Positions 37,750-52,310 of a stretch of 55,439 bases of DNA are shown here, in pieces; the first letter of the stretch is position 1, and each line of letters begins with the position of its first letter. Source of the stretch: Octopus sinensis (taxonomy: Eukaryota). The position numbers and the translations under genes were made by a program. The stretch lies in assembly GCF_006345805.1 (NCBI RefSeq), contig NW_021835123.1:1-55439 (forward strand), given 5' to 3'. The notes beneath the pieces are model-generated. The model searched no databases. It was not told the DNA's origin and saw only the letters and a list, made by a program, of their open reading frames with translations.

Positions 37750-39640
37750 ACATGATCTCCGTAGTTGTACTAAATGTTTAGTTTACATTGGTAAACATGC
37801 CACCATCTCTCACCAGACGTTTGCAATAACAGCTTCAGACTTCAGAAAGCACAAATTTTTATTTACTCTGAAACCAATCTTCCAGCAGATCTCTCAGTGC
37901 ACCACTTCCTATACTCTGCCATGTCATCTTTTATAGTCAGGTTTACGTCATCAAGCTACATGAACAAACGATATAGTTGACAGTTGTGCCTCCTTTTGTC
38001 ACATATCTGGCGCTAACTCGGTATTAACTGGCTTTTGTCAAATGTTGCTTGATCAAGTTTTGTTCAAACTGTTTGTTCTTAGAAAGCCATAATCACAGTT
38101 TATCTGTCTCTATCTTTAATCCTTTGTCATTTAGCCAATCCCAAATGCATCTTCTGCTATATCTTTTGTTTGCATAACAAACGGACAAATGTAACATTTC
38201 TATCTTCTTTCTATTTTCTTGAACTATAAACAAAATGAGAAGCTGTCTTGCTGTGGTGTCACAGTTTAAATTTTAAGACAGTTTAGCAGGATTTTTTTTA
38301 TTATTATTGTCTCGGATATTGTGAAAAATCTGTAGTATATGAATGACAGAGCTGTGATTAATGGCAGCGCTTCAAAATCCAAGTTCAGCTACACCTTGAC
38401 GCATATAGGTTAATACATATTTCTCCATACATATTTCTTAGTATTTAAGTATCAAAGGAAAAGAGAAAATCAAATGTCCATCCCGAGCCAGAGTTCTTAA
38501 GACCGGTTTCCTTGGCTTCTCTGGCGTATATATTCCTCATCTGGACAGAACCCCGGTTTGTAGTAGAGTTACTCGGTTTTGCCAGCTGAATGAGCTGGCA
38601 ATGTAATATTTTGTTCTAGAACACAAGGCATCAACCGGTAGAGAAATCGTAACCATAATCTCACGATAAAGAATGCAGTACCTAACCACTAAGCCACGCA
38701 CGTCCACATAGTGTATTCGTTTACTATATTAGTATAGAGCTGATCTTTCAGGTCTGTATTTTAAACATCCAATCTACTGTCTACAGATATCTTCTTTTCC
38801 CCATACTTTTATCATATAACAAAGACAAAGCGGTATTTTTGCTGTCACTCGAATGTAAAGATGTTATTACTAATCGTTCTCATCTATTGCAGGAAATCAC
38901 ACCTTATACTTCGTCTTGCATAAAATTCACATCTGGACAACCAAAATTGCATTCCAGTGTTTGTGAAATACTGTATGAGATTCAACTGTTCTTTTCTTCT
39001 TTTTTTCTTTCTTTTTTTGATATCGTTAATATTTGATATAGTTGATATTTGGTTCATGGAGCTTCAGATTGTCTGCAAAGAAAGAGTGAAAGGTATTTCT
39101 GGATTTAAAGCATCCATTTGTATATAAATTGTTATGTGGCCAAGTATGACAACGAGCTTAAAAGAAGACAAAGCGCAGTTTTGATAAACTACCTTCTTGC
39201 AGAATGCCTTTTTGATTTTGCTATTGTATGATACGAGATTCTGTTTGTTATCGCTTCTGAGAAGTAAGATGGGTTTTGGGGTGTTTTGGAAGAATCCACT
39301 AATAATTGTATAACTTGTATAAATTGTATAAATAATTGTATAACTTGTATAAATTGTATAACTAATCTTAAAACTTTGATAGTCTACCTCTGGGGTTGAT
39401 ATACCAACAACTCTTTTCTGGTAGTCCTGCCTCCCTTAAGACAAATTTCTGTGGTTCTTTATTGTCTCTTCCTGTTCGTTGATTACTTGTCGCAGATAAA
39501 ATCTTGGCCATTTTATAGACCACACACAGCCAACAGACTGCAACAATGCCGTTCTACTTCCTTAAGAACAATTTTAATGATAAGGAGCTGCTTGAAACAT
39601 GCCTGGCTTCGTTTGTTTCCCTGTGATTTTGGAGAGACAC
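37750..39640 (-). mobile_element. Highly degenerate R4-type LINE (RT to zinc knuckle), interrupted by a SINE at about 38440-38720
   Basis: HSFFADNLKLH (RT YADD-equivalent), TGMQFWLSRC, and a frameshifted zinc-knuckle region QICDK...YKR*HGRV*EVVH*EICWK. Confidence 0.6.
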
Positions 39641-40112
39641 ATTAAACCACCTGTGTATAGTTTATATATATTTTCTCTCAGATATGATATATAAGCAGTT
39701 AGTTTTTTTTCTTCTTTCTACATGTCGCCTAGTTATTAAACACGATTGTTGTCTGTGCAACCACCAGCCAGTTTAGCACAATGAGTTCAGTCTCCAGTTT
39801 TTTTTTTCTTTTGAAATAGTTTTATGCGAACTCACAAGAAGCACATGAGCCTTCTGTACAAAAATCCGACAACCAGGTCAGGTCTCTCCCGGTGGAAATT
39901 CAGTTCGGCAGTTTTGCAACGACCATGGGGTTGGCATATCACTGATGTCATATGTTTAAGATAAGACCTACTCACTACTATCTCCGTAGTTTGTTTTATA
40001 ACACAAGCACATCGAATTGAGTTACATTCCTGACATCGCCCTCACATTGATTATCCCCTGGTAATGGAAACTCACGATGGAAACTCTATCTATCTATCTA
40101 TCTATCTATCTA

Positions 40113-40148
<36 letters not shown>

Positions 40149-40149
40149 C

Positions 40150-40203
<54 letters not shown>

Positions 40204-40294
40204 ATATATATATTATATATATAATATATATATTATTCTATCTGTCTATCTATCCATCAATCTATCTGTCCATCTCTCTATCTATCCATTTCTC

Positions 40295-40325
<31 letters not shown>

Positions 40326-40365
40326 CTATATATCTATCGATCTCTATCTAGCCACCCATCTATCA

Positions 40366-40398
<33 letters not shown>

Positions 40399-41099
40399 GA
40401 AAATATATATAAAAAAAGCAGACACCACGTCCAAATAGGTACGCACCGAGTCACACGACCATCCCTCCATTACTTAGCAACAATAAATCATACTAACCGT
40501 AATATCAAATAGCAGCCATTGCCGCTGTTTTTGTTTATCACATCTACGGATACGGTACTGTTTTGTATTTTGAAGAATATTTTCACATTTCCAACTCTTT
40601 GATCCATTACATACGTATAGTTAGACTGTTTCCTCTCTTAACTCCATTCATTTACTATAAAGATTTTAGCTTTTAGTTTAAGTTTTTCAAATTTCAAAGT
40701 CAACTTCGTAGCTATTTATTTATTTATTATTTAGTTATTCAATTACTTTTTTGTTTTAAAATTTAAATATGTTTTGAAAAATTTTATACTTTTGACTTTC
40801 TTTTTTTTCTTTTTTTCGTTTTGGTTATGTGTTGTGTTGTGACGTTTTCTTTATTTTTATTTACAATATGTCTTCCTCTTTGTTTATTATCTTACTTTGT
40901 CTGTGTGTCCCGTGGAGAACTCGATGCAGACGACAACAAAAACAACAACAACAACAATAATAATAACGTAATGACAGACACAAAACACACGCATGTACAC
41001 ACACTCGCACACAGATATATGAATAATTGCTTATATATACATACACATATACACATACATACAGCCAAACATATACATAAGCATACATACATCCATGTG

Positions 41100-41148
<49 letters not shown>

Positions 41149-42279
41149 GCACATACATACATACGCGCAAGTTATATATGTATATATAAATATATACAAA
41201 TACAGGTATGTATCCTCTTTGTTGTATGTATGTATGTATGTATGTATAAGATTAATTTTATTGTTTCGTATTTTATTTTTTCCGTAATTATTTTATTTAC
41301 GCATTACGCTTTGTTTACAAAAACAAATAATAATAAAATAAACATAAAATTCAAATAAAATAAAAACAGCACACCCGATGCCGTCACTACGACGACCACC
41401 CCCACCACTACTACAAAGAAAAGCAAAAGAAATAAAAAAAAAACACTGCAAAATAACAAAATAACACAGAAAAATATTTGAAAAAAATTTACATACATCA
41501 ACAGACAAATAAAAATAAAAATGAACACAAAAATATTCAGAAGACACAAATGAACAAACGAAAATCGAATCAAAAAAAAATAATAATACTGAATAAACGA
41601 ATAAAAAAATCGGAAAAGTCTGACAAATGGTCAGAGAAAAGTCGTTGTTATATTTTAATAAATGTTCTAAAAGTTTATTTGTAAGAAAATATTTTCTTAT
41701 TTTAACATAATTCGTTCGTTTATTTGAGTTTTTCTCCGCAGAAATAATACAATAAGTATGTTTACTTAATCTTTCGGTATTTTCCGTAATATTCCCGGAA
41801 ATTTTACATAAAATGCTGTTATGCTACGTGAAAAATTATTCCTATCGACATTTCGTAATGTCTGGCATTCTTTGTAGTCTCTTTTCTTTTATTCATTAAT
41901 TTTATTTCCTTGTTGTTTTTCTTCTTTTTTTTTCCTGTTTGATGTCGTGTGTATATGTGCGTTTTATGCACGTAATAATATACGTGTATGTGTTTAAGTA
42001 TACATGTACGTACGTACGTACGTACGTATGTATGTATGTATATGTATGTATGTATGTATGTATATGTATGTATGTATGTACGCGTTCAACTATGTATGAG
42101 CGTATGCATGAATATATATTACAAGTGTGTGATTGTGTGTGGATGGGTGTGTGGATGTGTGTATACGTGTTTGCGCTTAAGAACCTGTGTATATATTTGT
42201 GTACGCGTCTGTTTTATGCACATCATAATGTATGCGCATGTATTCATTTCAGTATGTAAGTATATATATATATATATAT

Positions 42280-42493
42280 ATTCTTTTACTTGTTTCAGTC
42301 ATTTGACTGTGGCCATGCTGAAGCACCGCCTTTAGTTGAGCACTTCGACCCCAGGACTTATTCTTTCTAAGCCTAGTACTCATTCTATCGCTTTCTTCTG
42401 ACGAACCGCTTAGTTATGGAGACGCAAAAACACCAACATCGGTTATCAAGCCATGTTGGGGTCGGACAAATCCACACACAAGCATACACACAA

Positions 42494-42551
<58 letters not shown>

Positions 42552-42820
42552 GACGGGCTTCTTTCAGTTTCCGTCTACCAAATCCACTCACAAGGCTTTC
42601 GTCTGAACCTGGAACCATATGGTTGGAAGCAAGCTACTTACCACACTGCCACTCCTGCGCCTATATGTATATAAGCCGAGGTCGACTTTGCCTTTCATCC
42701 TTTCGGAGTCGATTAAATAAGTACCAGTTACGCACTGAGGTCGATATAATCGACTTAATCCGTTTGTCTGTCCTTGTCTGTCCTCTCTGTGTTTAGCCCC
42801 TTGTGGGTAGTAAAGAAAAT
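42280..42820. mobile_element. OR-like SINE (minus, 42280-42660) abutting an OK-like SINE 3' half (plus, 42674-42820)
   Basis: Matches to 21026-21445 and to 2005-2150. Confidence 0.8.
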
Positions 42821-42840
42821 TATATGTATATATGTGTATC

Positions 42841-42895
<55 letters not shown>

Positions 42896-44569
42896 AAATA
42901 TTTATGAATGTATGTCTATATATGAGTGCCTATGTCTGTGTGTGTCTGTAAGTGTCTGTGTCTGTGTGTCTGTATGTATAGCTGTGTCTCCGTTTGAGTA
43001 CCTGTGTGTATATATGCTTGTGTTCATCTGTGGGTGGGTGTGCGCGCGCGTATATGTGTGTATGTGTGTATCTACACATTTCTATGTAGGTTTATTATGT
43101 ATATTTGTCTAAGTGCGTGTGTATGTATGTGACGCTGTGTGAATATATGTAGTTCAGTGTAGATCTGTGACCATCTGTGTAAATATATTTAGGTTTGTAG
43201 GTGCGTGTGTTTGTGTTCATATGGCGAGGTGAATGCGTTTATGTGTCTACATATTTCTCAGTAGGTTTGTGACATCGCATATGAGTTTGCGCGCGCGCGT
43301 GTGTGTGTGTGCGCGTGAGCGCTAGCGTTTGTATTATTCTTGATTAAGTCGAAAGCGTTTATGGTAACCACGGTTCAAATTCAAGTGCTGCCGAAAGAGC
43401 TAGTACTGAACAATGGGGGTCCAAAATACTATTGCTACGTCTGGATTGTGAGTAATAGCCATGAATAGATAGCTAGAGAGGAGGGGAGCTGGTTACTGCT
43501 GCTGTTGCTGCTGAGATGATGATGATGATGAGGAGGAGGAGGAGGAGGAGGATGAGGAGGATGGTGATACTGTTGTTGTTGTTGGTGGTGGTGGTGGTGT
43601 TTAACCCCAGATCAGATCCCAATTGAGCAAACCTATGATCAAAGACAATCCTGTTGTGATCATCCTGCCATACCACTATATGCAGGGATCTCAGGACCAT
43701 ATCCGGTGTGTTCTTTTCCGAGATGTTTGAGGTGATTTGAGAAAGATTTAGCTGCTACTTCTTGCAGATGGAACACCATGAGGCTTCTTCTGTGGCTCAT
43801 GGCTGGCTAGCTGGCTGGCTAGCTGGCTGGCTAGCTGGCTGGCTGGCACGGGTGGTTGGTGTGTGGGTATCTGGTGTAGGAAGTTGTCTGAGTTGTTGGT
43901 GTGGGTAGCTAGTGTAGGTGGCTGACCGGGTGACTGACGTGGGTAACAGGACAGCCAACGCGCTTTACTGAGCATTTGGTATGCGGCGGGTTATTTCTGA
44001 TTCGTATTGTTGGGGTGAGCACTGACAATTAACGAGTGTTTTTTAGCTTGCAGTGTCGAGTCATAGTTTCTTCCAACGTGCAGAAGGAAACGGCCGAGGG
44101 TCTCCACTCTAAAACTGAAGTTGATGCCACGGTTGCACACCGTTGCTATCGCCGCCGCCGCCGCTGCCATCATCATCATTAACATCATCATTTCAGCCAC
44201 ATCCAACACTATTAGCTGCAACACTTCCACCACCGGTTGTCTTTCACCCCCAATAGCAGCAGGAGCACCACCACTACTACCACTACTACCACTACTACTA
44301 CAATGATCCACCACAATCATAATTAACGCCACCATCTCCATCACCACTCCCTTAAAACCACCTACAACACCTTGATCGCCATCACCACCCCTTCTCACTA
44401 CCCCTTCACCACCACTGCGATCATCACCATCACTAGCACCAATGCCACAATCATAGCCACCGCCATCACAACCACCATTACCATCAACACTCTCTAAAAA
44501 TGCAAAGACCCAGCGTCCCAGATGCACCATATCTGAATAAATGATCGGAAACTTAACATCAACAACTCT

Positions 44570-44950
44570 AGACACTACGGCACTCCGTCGGTTACGACGA
44601 CGAGGGTTCCAGTTGATCCAATCAACGGAACAGCCTGCTCGTGAAGTTAACGTGCAAGTGGCTGAGCACTCCACAGATACGTGTACCCTTAACGTAGTTC
44701 TTGGGGAGATTCAGCGTGACACAGAGTGTGACAAGGCTAGCCCTTTGAAATACAGGTACAACAGAAACAGGAAGAAGGAGAGAAAGCTGTGGTGAAAGGG
44801 TACAGCAGGGTTCGCTCCCACTTACTGCCCGAGCCTCGTGGAGCTTCAAGTTTTTTCGCTCAATAAACACTCACAACGCCCAGTCTGGTAATCGAAACCG
44901 GGATCCTATGACTGCGTGTCCGCTGCCCTAGAGTGGAGGGCCATTGCGCC
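44570..44950 (-). mobile_element. SINE family C, near full length
   Basis: Match to 28030-28350; tRNA-like head ending at gcgcctccac. Confidence 0.75.
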
Positions 44951-45424
44951 TCCACTCTAGCCACTTTACTAATAATAATGTTATACATTAAATAATGTAG
45001 ACCTAGATGCACTATGGGATGGTCGTGGCTGGAACATCTTTGTTTATAGGGCTGCTGGAGTCGGAATGAACTGCAGTTAAGTAAGAACTATAACCACAAA
45101 TACTAACTATTTATATTACACGTACTTAGGTGTACTCTAAAATATACATAGCCTGATTGAATGATGGAATAATTAGGGTTGGTTGATCTTTGTTCATAGA
45201 TCGGCTGGATTTAGGATGAATTGGGACTAAGCATCTATAAGCACTTAAAACCAGGTATGGTCCAAGGTACTCAATGAAAGATATTCATTAGTTGTTAATG
45301 TTAGACAAGTTTGATCAATAACACTTAAAATATAGATTTCTGATAAAGGCACAAGGGTACACATTTTGTGAATGGATATATACTGATTAAACTGACACTC
45401 GCATAGATGACTGCAATCCTATAT

Positions 45425-45560
45425 TGCCCCCATCCCATACTAACGATTATGTCCAGTTCTTCCTCCCTAGATCAGCGATTTTCTGGAATCTTCTCTGTTC
45501 AGGATTTTCCAGAACTTTCTGACTTCCGCATTTTAAATGGAATATTTAAGGCACCAAACT
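45425..45560 (+). mobile_element. CR1/Jockey-like LINE C-terminal remnant
   Basis: SHTNDYVQFFLPRSAIFWNLLSVQDFPE resembles the SFFPRTxxLWNxLP motif. Confidence 0.45.
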
Positions 45561-45894
45561 CACTGGTCTCTGAGACCTACAAAGTTATGGACACTTACTC
45601 TTTCTCCATAAACAGACAATAAGTACAGACAAGAAGAAAAAATCAATTCCCTATTTGATTTGAACACTGAATTTAATGGAGGCAACTAATTGCTGAAAGA
45701 TATTTAATTCTCTGTTCTACCAATTCTGCTAAATAACTGTTTTGACGGAAGGTATATAAAAATGCAGACAGTCAATAAATTCCAAAGCGACAAAAGCAAA
45801 TCAATAAAGTTTGCTGAAGATGAAGAAAGATTAAATACCTAGAAGAAAACGAAGTTCGGAATATTCAAAGGGTAAAAATGGCGGAGGTAAAAGC

Positions 45895-46050
45895 GAAGAC
45901 GTAAAAGTTAAGACGTAAATTTATAACACAGACGTAATTATGACGTAATTATGAGAGGTAGATGTTAAGACGTATATGTAAGAGGCAGACGTTAAGGCGT
46001 AAATGTGAGAGGCAGACGTTAAAACGTAAATTTAAGAAACAATATTAAAA
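45895..46050. repeat. Degenerate ~27-bp minisatellite rich in GACGT
   Basis: gaggcagacgttaa(g/a)(g/a)cgtaaa units. Confidence 0.7.
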
Positions 46051-46608
46051 ACGTAACTGACAAAATGATGTTAGCCTTTAGACGGCTGTTGATCAGGCGA
46101 GAAATAGAAGGCCAAATCTTGCGTAAATCACACACACACCGTCAAAACAAAGTAGGATATGTTGAATAATGTAGTTTTAGGTTCATTCCATCTGAATTAG
46201 AGACAAGATAGACATGGATGGAACATATTTTGATCACATGAATCATATTATATCGGGTCTGGCAGAGTGGTTACAATAATAACAACAATGACAAAATCAA
46301 TAATAATAATGAAAATAATAACAACAACGATAATAACAAAAGACGACGACGACAACAACAACAATAACAACAACAAGAGACAACGCTATGACTTCAAAGA
46401 AGAATGACATGAAATCAATTACATATAAAAATAATTTGTCAGCATAAAATGAAAAAGGTAAGACGAGGTAAAAAAAAACAACAAAGAAAAGAAAGAGAAA
46501 ACAGTGAAATTAATTAAATTGAAGATGTACAAAGCAGACATAGACAGGCACATTGACACACATAGACGCATAAAAGCACTCACAGCCAAACATAAAAACA
46601 CGTTAGTG

Positions 46609-46729
<121 letters not shown>

Positions 46730-47174
46730 GTATATATGTATATTTATGTATGTATACGTATATTTTTATAGGTATACATATATACATATATATATATATA
46801 TGGTATATATGTATGTATATATGTCTATATATATATATATATATAAGAATGAATGTTTTTATATATAATGAACGTGAAATACAGGAAGGACGAACACGGA
46901 ACACAGACAATCATTCGAAGCCTTCAATCTTCAGTCAGACACCGAATCATCATAGCAAATTTCGGCTGTTCAATTCTGATATTTGCTCCAACTCGGCCAG
47001 CCCCAAGAAAAAAAACTAAGCTGTAAGCATTAGATTTCTTGGTAGAAGACAGGAATGTGAACGCACAAGACGGATGTGAATACAAGAGACGAAAACGAAA
47101 TTGAAAACAGTAATGAATAAACAAAATATATATAACGGTGGTTGTCATACGACTTTAGACCAAATGAGACAAAA

Positions 47175-47228
<54 letters not shown>

Positions 47229-47267
47229 CATACATACATACATATATATGAAATATATATTTATATG

Positions 47268-47299
<32 letters not shown>

Positions 47300-47561
47300 C
47301 ATACTTACATATATAGGAAATATATATTTATATGTATATATATATATACATATAAATATATATTTCATATATATATATATGTATGTATGTATATATATAT
47401 ATATATATATAGACATATATACATACATACATATATACCATATATAATATATATATATATGCATATATATATAGACTTATATATATACTTATATATATAT
47501 ACGTAATTATATATTTATATATATATATGCATATATATATATATATGTATATATATGTATG

Positions 47562-47594
<33 letters not shown>

Positions 47595-47842
47595 AAGTGT
47601 ATATGTAATATATACATACATATATATTTCATATATATATATGCATATATATGTATGTATATATATACACACATACATATACATATATATGTATGTCTAT
47701 ATATATATATATATACACACACACATATATATATAGGCATATATATATAGACTTATATATATGTATATATATATCTCTATATATATATACGTATATATAT
47801 TTATATATATACATATACATATATGCATATATATATATACAC

Positions 47843-47873
<31 letters not shown>

Positions 47874-47984
47874 TATTAATTTAATCGGCCGAATTTACAT
47901 GACACAAAAGGTGAGGTGCATAACCTTATACCGAATAAAATATGTGTATGCCTGTATGTGTGTGTGAGAGAGAGAGAGAGAGTG

Positions 47985-48054
<70 letters not shown>

Positions 48055-48129
48055 CCTATGTGTTTGTGTGGGTGTATATTGTGTGTATGCGTATATATGT
48101 CCCTTTATTTTTTACTTGCATCCTACATT

Positions 48130-48290
48130 GGATTTCGGCCACGCTGTGATGCGGCCTTGAAGTGTTTAGTCGAACCAATCGACCCTTGTAAGCCTAGTGT
48201 TTATACCGAACCGTTAATCTACGAGAAACGTAAGCCGTCCAACACCGGTTGTCAAGCGATTAGAGGGCGAATAAACAAGTACAAACGCAC
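48130..48290 (-). mobile_element. OR-like SINE 3' fragment
   Basis: ttagtcgaaccaatcgaccc...aagcctagt...accgaaccg. Confidence 0.6.
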
Positions 48291-48335
48291 GCACATACAG
48301 AGGCACACACACGCGCACACATACACTCACACACT

Positions 48336-48409
<74 letters not shown>

Positions 48410-48458
48410 CAGACGGACGGACGGACTGCCGGACAACAGACAGACAGACAGACAGACG

Positions 48459-48590
<132 letters not shown>

Positions 48591-48611
48591 CCTAGATAGA
48601 TAGATAGATAA

Positions 48612-49200
48612 CTTTGTTTATTGGCCACACAGGGTTGAACACAGAGGAGACAAATACAAATGTAGAGCATTTCTTTTCGAAAATTTAAAAAAAGGGGGGA
48701 AAGATAAGAAAAAAAGTAAAATTCCGATGAAAAGGAATCGGGAAAAAAACGATCAAAAGAGATCGTGTATGACAGAAGAATTTTAAAAACGTTAAAAGCA
48801 AGATTAGGTTTATCCGTGGAAAGAAAAGCCTATGGAAAAGACCACGGTAACATCAGGCAGGGAGGGAATAAACACATGAGAGGAAAATGTTCTCTCTCTC
48901 TCACTTTTCGAGTTACAAGATCATGCTCGAAGTGGTTTCGTCAGTCGCACGTACCATCTTTGCTACATTCACCCACCTTTTTTGAAAATTTCACGAGACA
49001 AAACCTGCCTCTCCATTCTCACCTTCCTTTTCAAGTGGTGTTAGACCTTGTTAGTTATGAGTCACTAATACTGGATGCACGGTGGATCCATAATCTTCTT
49101 AGAGGATATCCTTAGATGCCCCAAAAGTAAACAATTCCCCCATCTTGTCCCTAACATTTGATGACTTTTATCCAACCTACAAACCACACATCCTATTCCT
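48612..49200 (-). mobile_element. Tx1/L1-clade LINE 3' end with UTR and AATAAA, ending at (TATC)n
   Basis: Frameshifted HHLKRKVRMERQVLSREIF / KRWVNVAKMV...SMIL*, then a pyrimidine-rich UTR and ccaataaacaaag. Confidence 0.7.
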
Positions 49201-49329
49201 CCCTAAGATACAAACCTCACGACCCAACCACACTGTCTCCCCCACACCCCACCCTTTACTCAAACTTTACTCTGAATATCATTGTTTGCTCATTTGTAGA
49301 TTCGACGCATATCAACGCTAGAACTCTCA

Positions 49330-49600
49330 CCTGGAAATTATCGAAGCTTACCTCTACCAATCTTTTAAATACATCTATTTTATTTACTGTTCCCGAAAGC
49401 CTCTCAATCAACGACGCATCGACTATATCTTTTCCCGCGTCAAGGACATGTGGCTTCATCATTTTTTGAAATGATAGTCCTCGGTGACTTCAACACTCGC
49501 AACTAATCTCGGCTCTTTCATTCCTCCCATAATGATGTCGTCGGTGCAGAAACAGGATATTTTGCAATCTTCAATGCCCTCATAATTCTCCTGACTATTG
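49330..49600 (+). mobile_element. AP-endonuclease fragment of a CR1/Jockey-like LINE
   Basis: EMIVLGDFNTRN*SRLFHSSHNDVVGAETGYFAIFNAL contains the GDFN motif. Confidence 0.55.
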
Positions 49601-49746
49601 TTCTGAACCTGTACAAGTCAATTCCTTGAAGGTTTATTGCTGTGAATGATTGTAAACGTGGACCAGGTCTACATGTAATAAAACTTCCATCCCACAACGT
49701 GTCTTCTATTATTTCATTATCTTGTCCAACCTCCGTGTATATATAT

Positions 49747-49805
<59 letters not shown>

Positions 49806-49829
49806 TGTGTGTGTGTATCGGTAGCTCCC

Positions 49830-49997
49830 GAAGTTTTTTTTTATTCTCTCCCTGTTTATTTCATTGTGTTCCATTCTGTTGAAGAGCGTAGGCTCAAAAT
49901 GTAAAAAACTTTCTCACCTTCCCGAGCTTCAAACTAATACACCTGTTTGTTGTTTATACACCTGTCTTCGTCTTTTGTTTTTCTGTAAATTTCAACT

Positions 49998-50000
<3 letters not shown>
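49830..50000 (+). mobile_element. PLE-like element, family A
   Basis: ctgttgaagagcgtaggctcaaaatgtaaaa...ttcaactata. Confidence 0.7.
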
Positions 50001-50068
<68 letters not shown>

Positions 50069-50580
50069 CTAGCAGTATCGCCCGGCGTTGCTCGGATTTG
50101 TAAGGAAATAACTATATAAGCATTTTTAGAGAGTTACTTCCCTTATAGATGCCAATTCGGGCTTTCTTAGCCATTTCTGTTTTGGTGTCTTCAAGCCATG
50201 AAGTCGTTCTTCTAAAAGAACGCTGGTCTCCTTGACAACGCTTTACGACGTTGATTTCCTTACACTCCCTTCCCCACAGCTTCACGAGGGAGGGAAGAAG
50301 GGGGAGAAGCAAACAGGTGCAGGTGTGACCATGGACGCCAACTCCGCCGCCATCGACACACGAAAAATTATGCATTAAAATGGAATAAAAAATGATGTTA
50401 AATTATTTTAAAAATCGTAGACTCATCGTAGACGCGCGCTAATAGCCAGACGGGCTCGATATGAATCACGACTATAAGATACCCGAATTTGGTTAAACTG
50501 CACCGCAAAATGTGGGAGTAGTTAGGAATCTAAATCGAAGGAGACAGACACTCACACAACTACAGTTTTATATATGTAGA
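50069..50580 (-). mobile_element. Non-autonomous Helitron (third family)
   Basis: Minus strand A|TCTACATATATAAAAC...cgagcaacgccgggcgatactgCTAG|T. Confidence 0.85.
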
Positions 50581-50595
50581 TATATTTATATATAT

Positions 50596-50743
<148 letters not shown>

Positions 50744-51999
50744 GTAGGTGTGCGTTTATGTTAAACGTTTGACTTTAAAAGAGTCCTTTTATAAGTAATA
50801 TCATTTCAAACAAGTGTTCAACTCTGGCCCTAAAGGACAAATGAAAATTTTCTAATTTAAAAGCAGTGTTGTTAGAATGATATTAAAGTTCTGTGGCATC
50901 GATTTAACGATCTGTCTAGTGACCAAGGCTCAAAAGTTTTTCACTTTTTTTTTTCATTTATTAATTTGCTCTCCTATGTTAAAAAAAAAACAAGAATACT
51001 CTTAAAACGCCTCATTCACTTCGGTTATATAATTTAAACGAAGTAAACAGTTCTGGGTAACTTTTAACTGAAATAAAAATTAACTGAAATAAAATTAAAT
51101 GAAATAAAATTAAATGAACATTGTTCAGCTGAGGGATCGTGGAAGCGACGCATTTGAGTGTCAGCAAGGTTATTACTTTTAGACCAGAAAATGTTCGTTT
51201 GCCCTTCGGATGTAGACACGAATCGTTGTCTAAAATAACCATTCTTTGAAAAGGACAACTCTAAAATGGCTAACATCACATTACTAACTTGCCATGTCAG
51301 GTTCTCTTATATCTATCTTTCTATACACCTGTGACATGCACTCATACATATATACACACATACGTATTTATACAAACACGGCATACACACGCACACACAT
51401 GCCCATACACACACAGAGTAATACCTCGCTTAGCACTTAGCTAAATTCCATTTAGCACTGATTTACCATAGTGTTATTTATTCATGGGAATAATATATCC
51501 AGTCGAATAATTCTATATTATTATATTAAAATATGTAATTAATCAGATATATTTATCATCATAATAATGTCATGCCAACAGGTAAGAAATTATGATTCAT
51601 ATTCATTTATGTTCCCACATGAACCCAAATTCTTCAAACAACTTTGATAGGCAATATAACTGAAAGACAACTTGTAATTATAAGAGCTGAAAATTCGTGT
51701 GTGTTGCAGTGTGTTGCAAATGAGCAAGTACTGAAGTAATTAGAAGCTAGCAAACTCTTGGCGTACATGGTTTCACGAACAACTAGAAACATTATGAAAC
51801 ATTTTCAAATTAAAAAGTTTCAGCCATGACGGCCATGTTGTTGTCATCAACGAAGGTAACCCGTTCTAGAAGTAAATTGTTGAGGGAAAATAGAAGATAC
51901 GCTTTCTATATCGTTAGGCGACGGGAAGAAAAAACAATACTGGGAGACAAAGCAAAAAGCATTCTCAAACACAAGATGATGAAGGAGATTGAGACGCCC

Positions 52000-52310
52000 T
52001 TCGGCCATGAATGACCATGGAATTGCACCTACAAAGTTACCCTCCGAGGCACAAGTCCGGACAATGCTGTTTATGGAAGACCAGCAGTCGCCCATGCATA
52101 CCAGCCTTCCCGCTCCACGCCACCGATGTTATCCAAGGGAAAGGCAAAGGAGCCGATATAGCTTGGCATCAGTGACGTCGCAACTCATTTCTACAGCTGA
52201 GTGAACTGGAGTAACGTGAAATAAAATGTCTTGCTTAAGAACACAACATGCAGCCCGGTCCGGGAATCAAACTCACAACATCACGATCGTAAACTCGACG
52301 CTCTAACCAT
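52000..52310 (-). mobile_element. CORE-type SINE, near full length
   Basis: Match to 5040-5232; tRNA-like head near 52300. Confidence 0.75.

Noticed and set aside
40540-41930. Homopolymer-rich A/T stretch with mirror-like composition
   Set aside because: No consistent unit or pairing; may reflect low-quality consensus sequence
43991-44674. Longest ORF (227 aa, minus strand)
   Set aside because: It is a composite of a SINE end and GGT/GAT/GCN repeats. A possible plus-strand acceptor at about 44048 leads only to short, unrecognisable frames.
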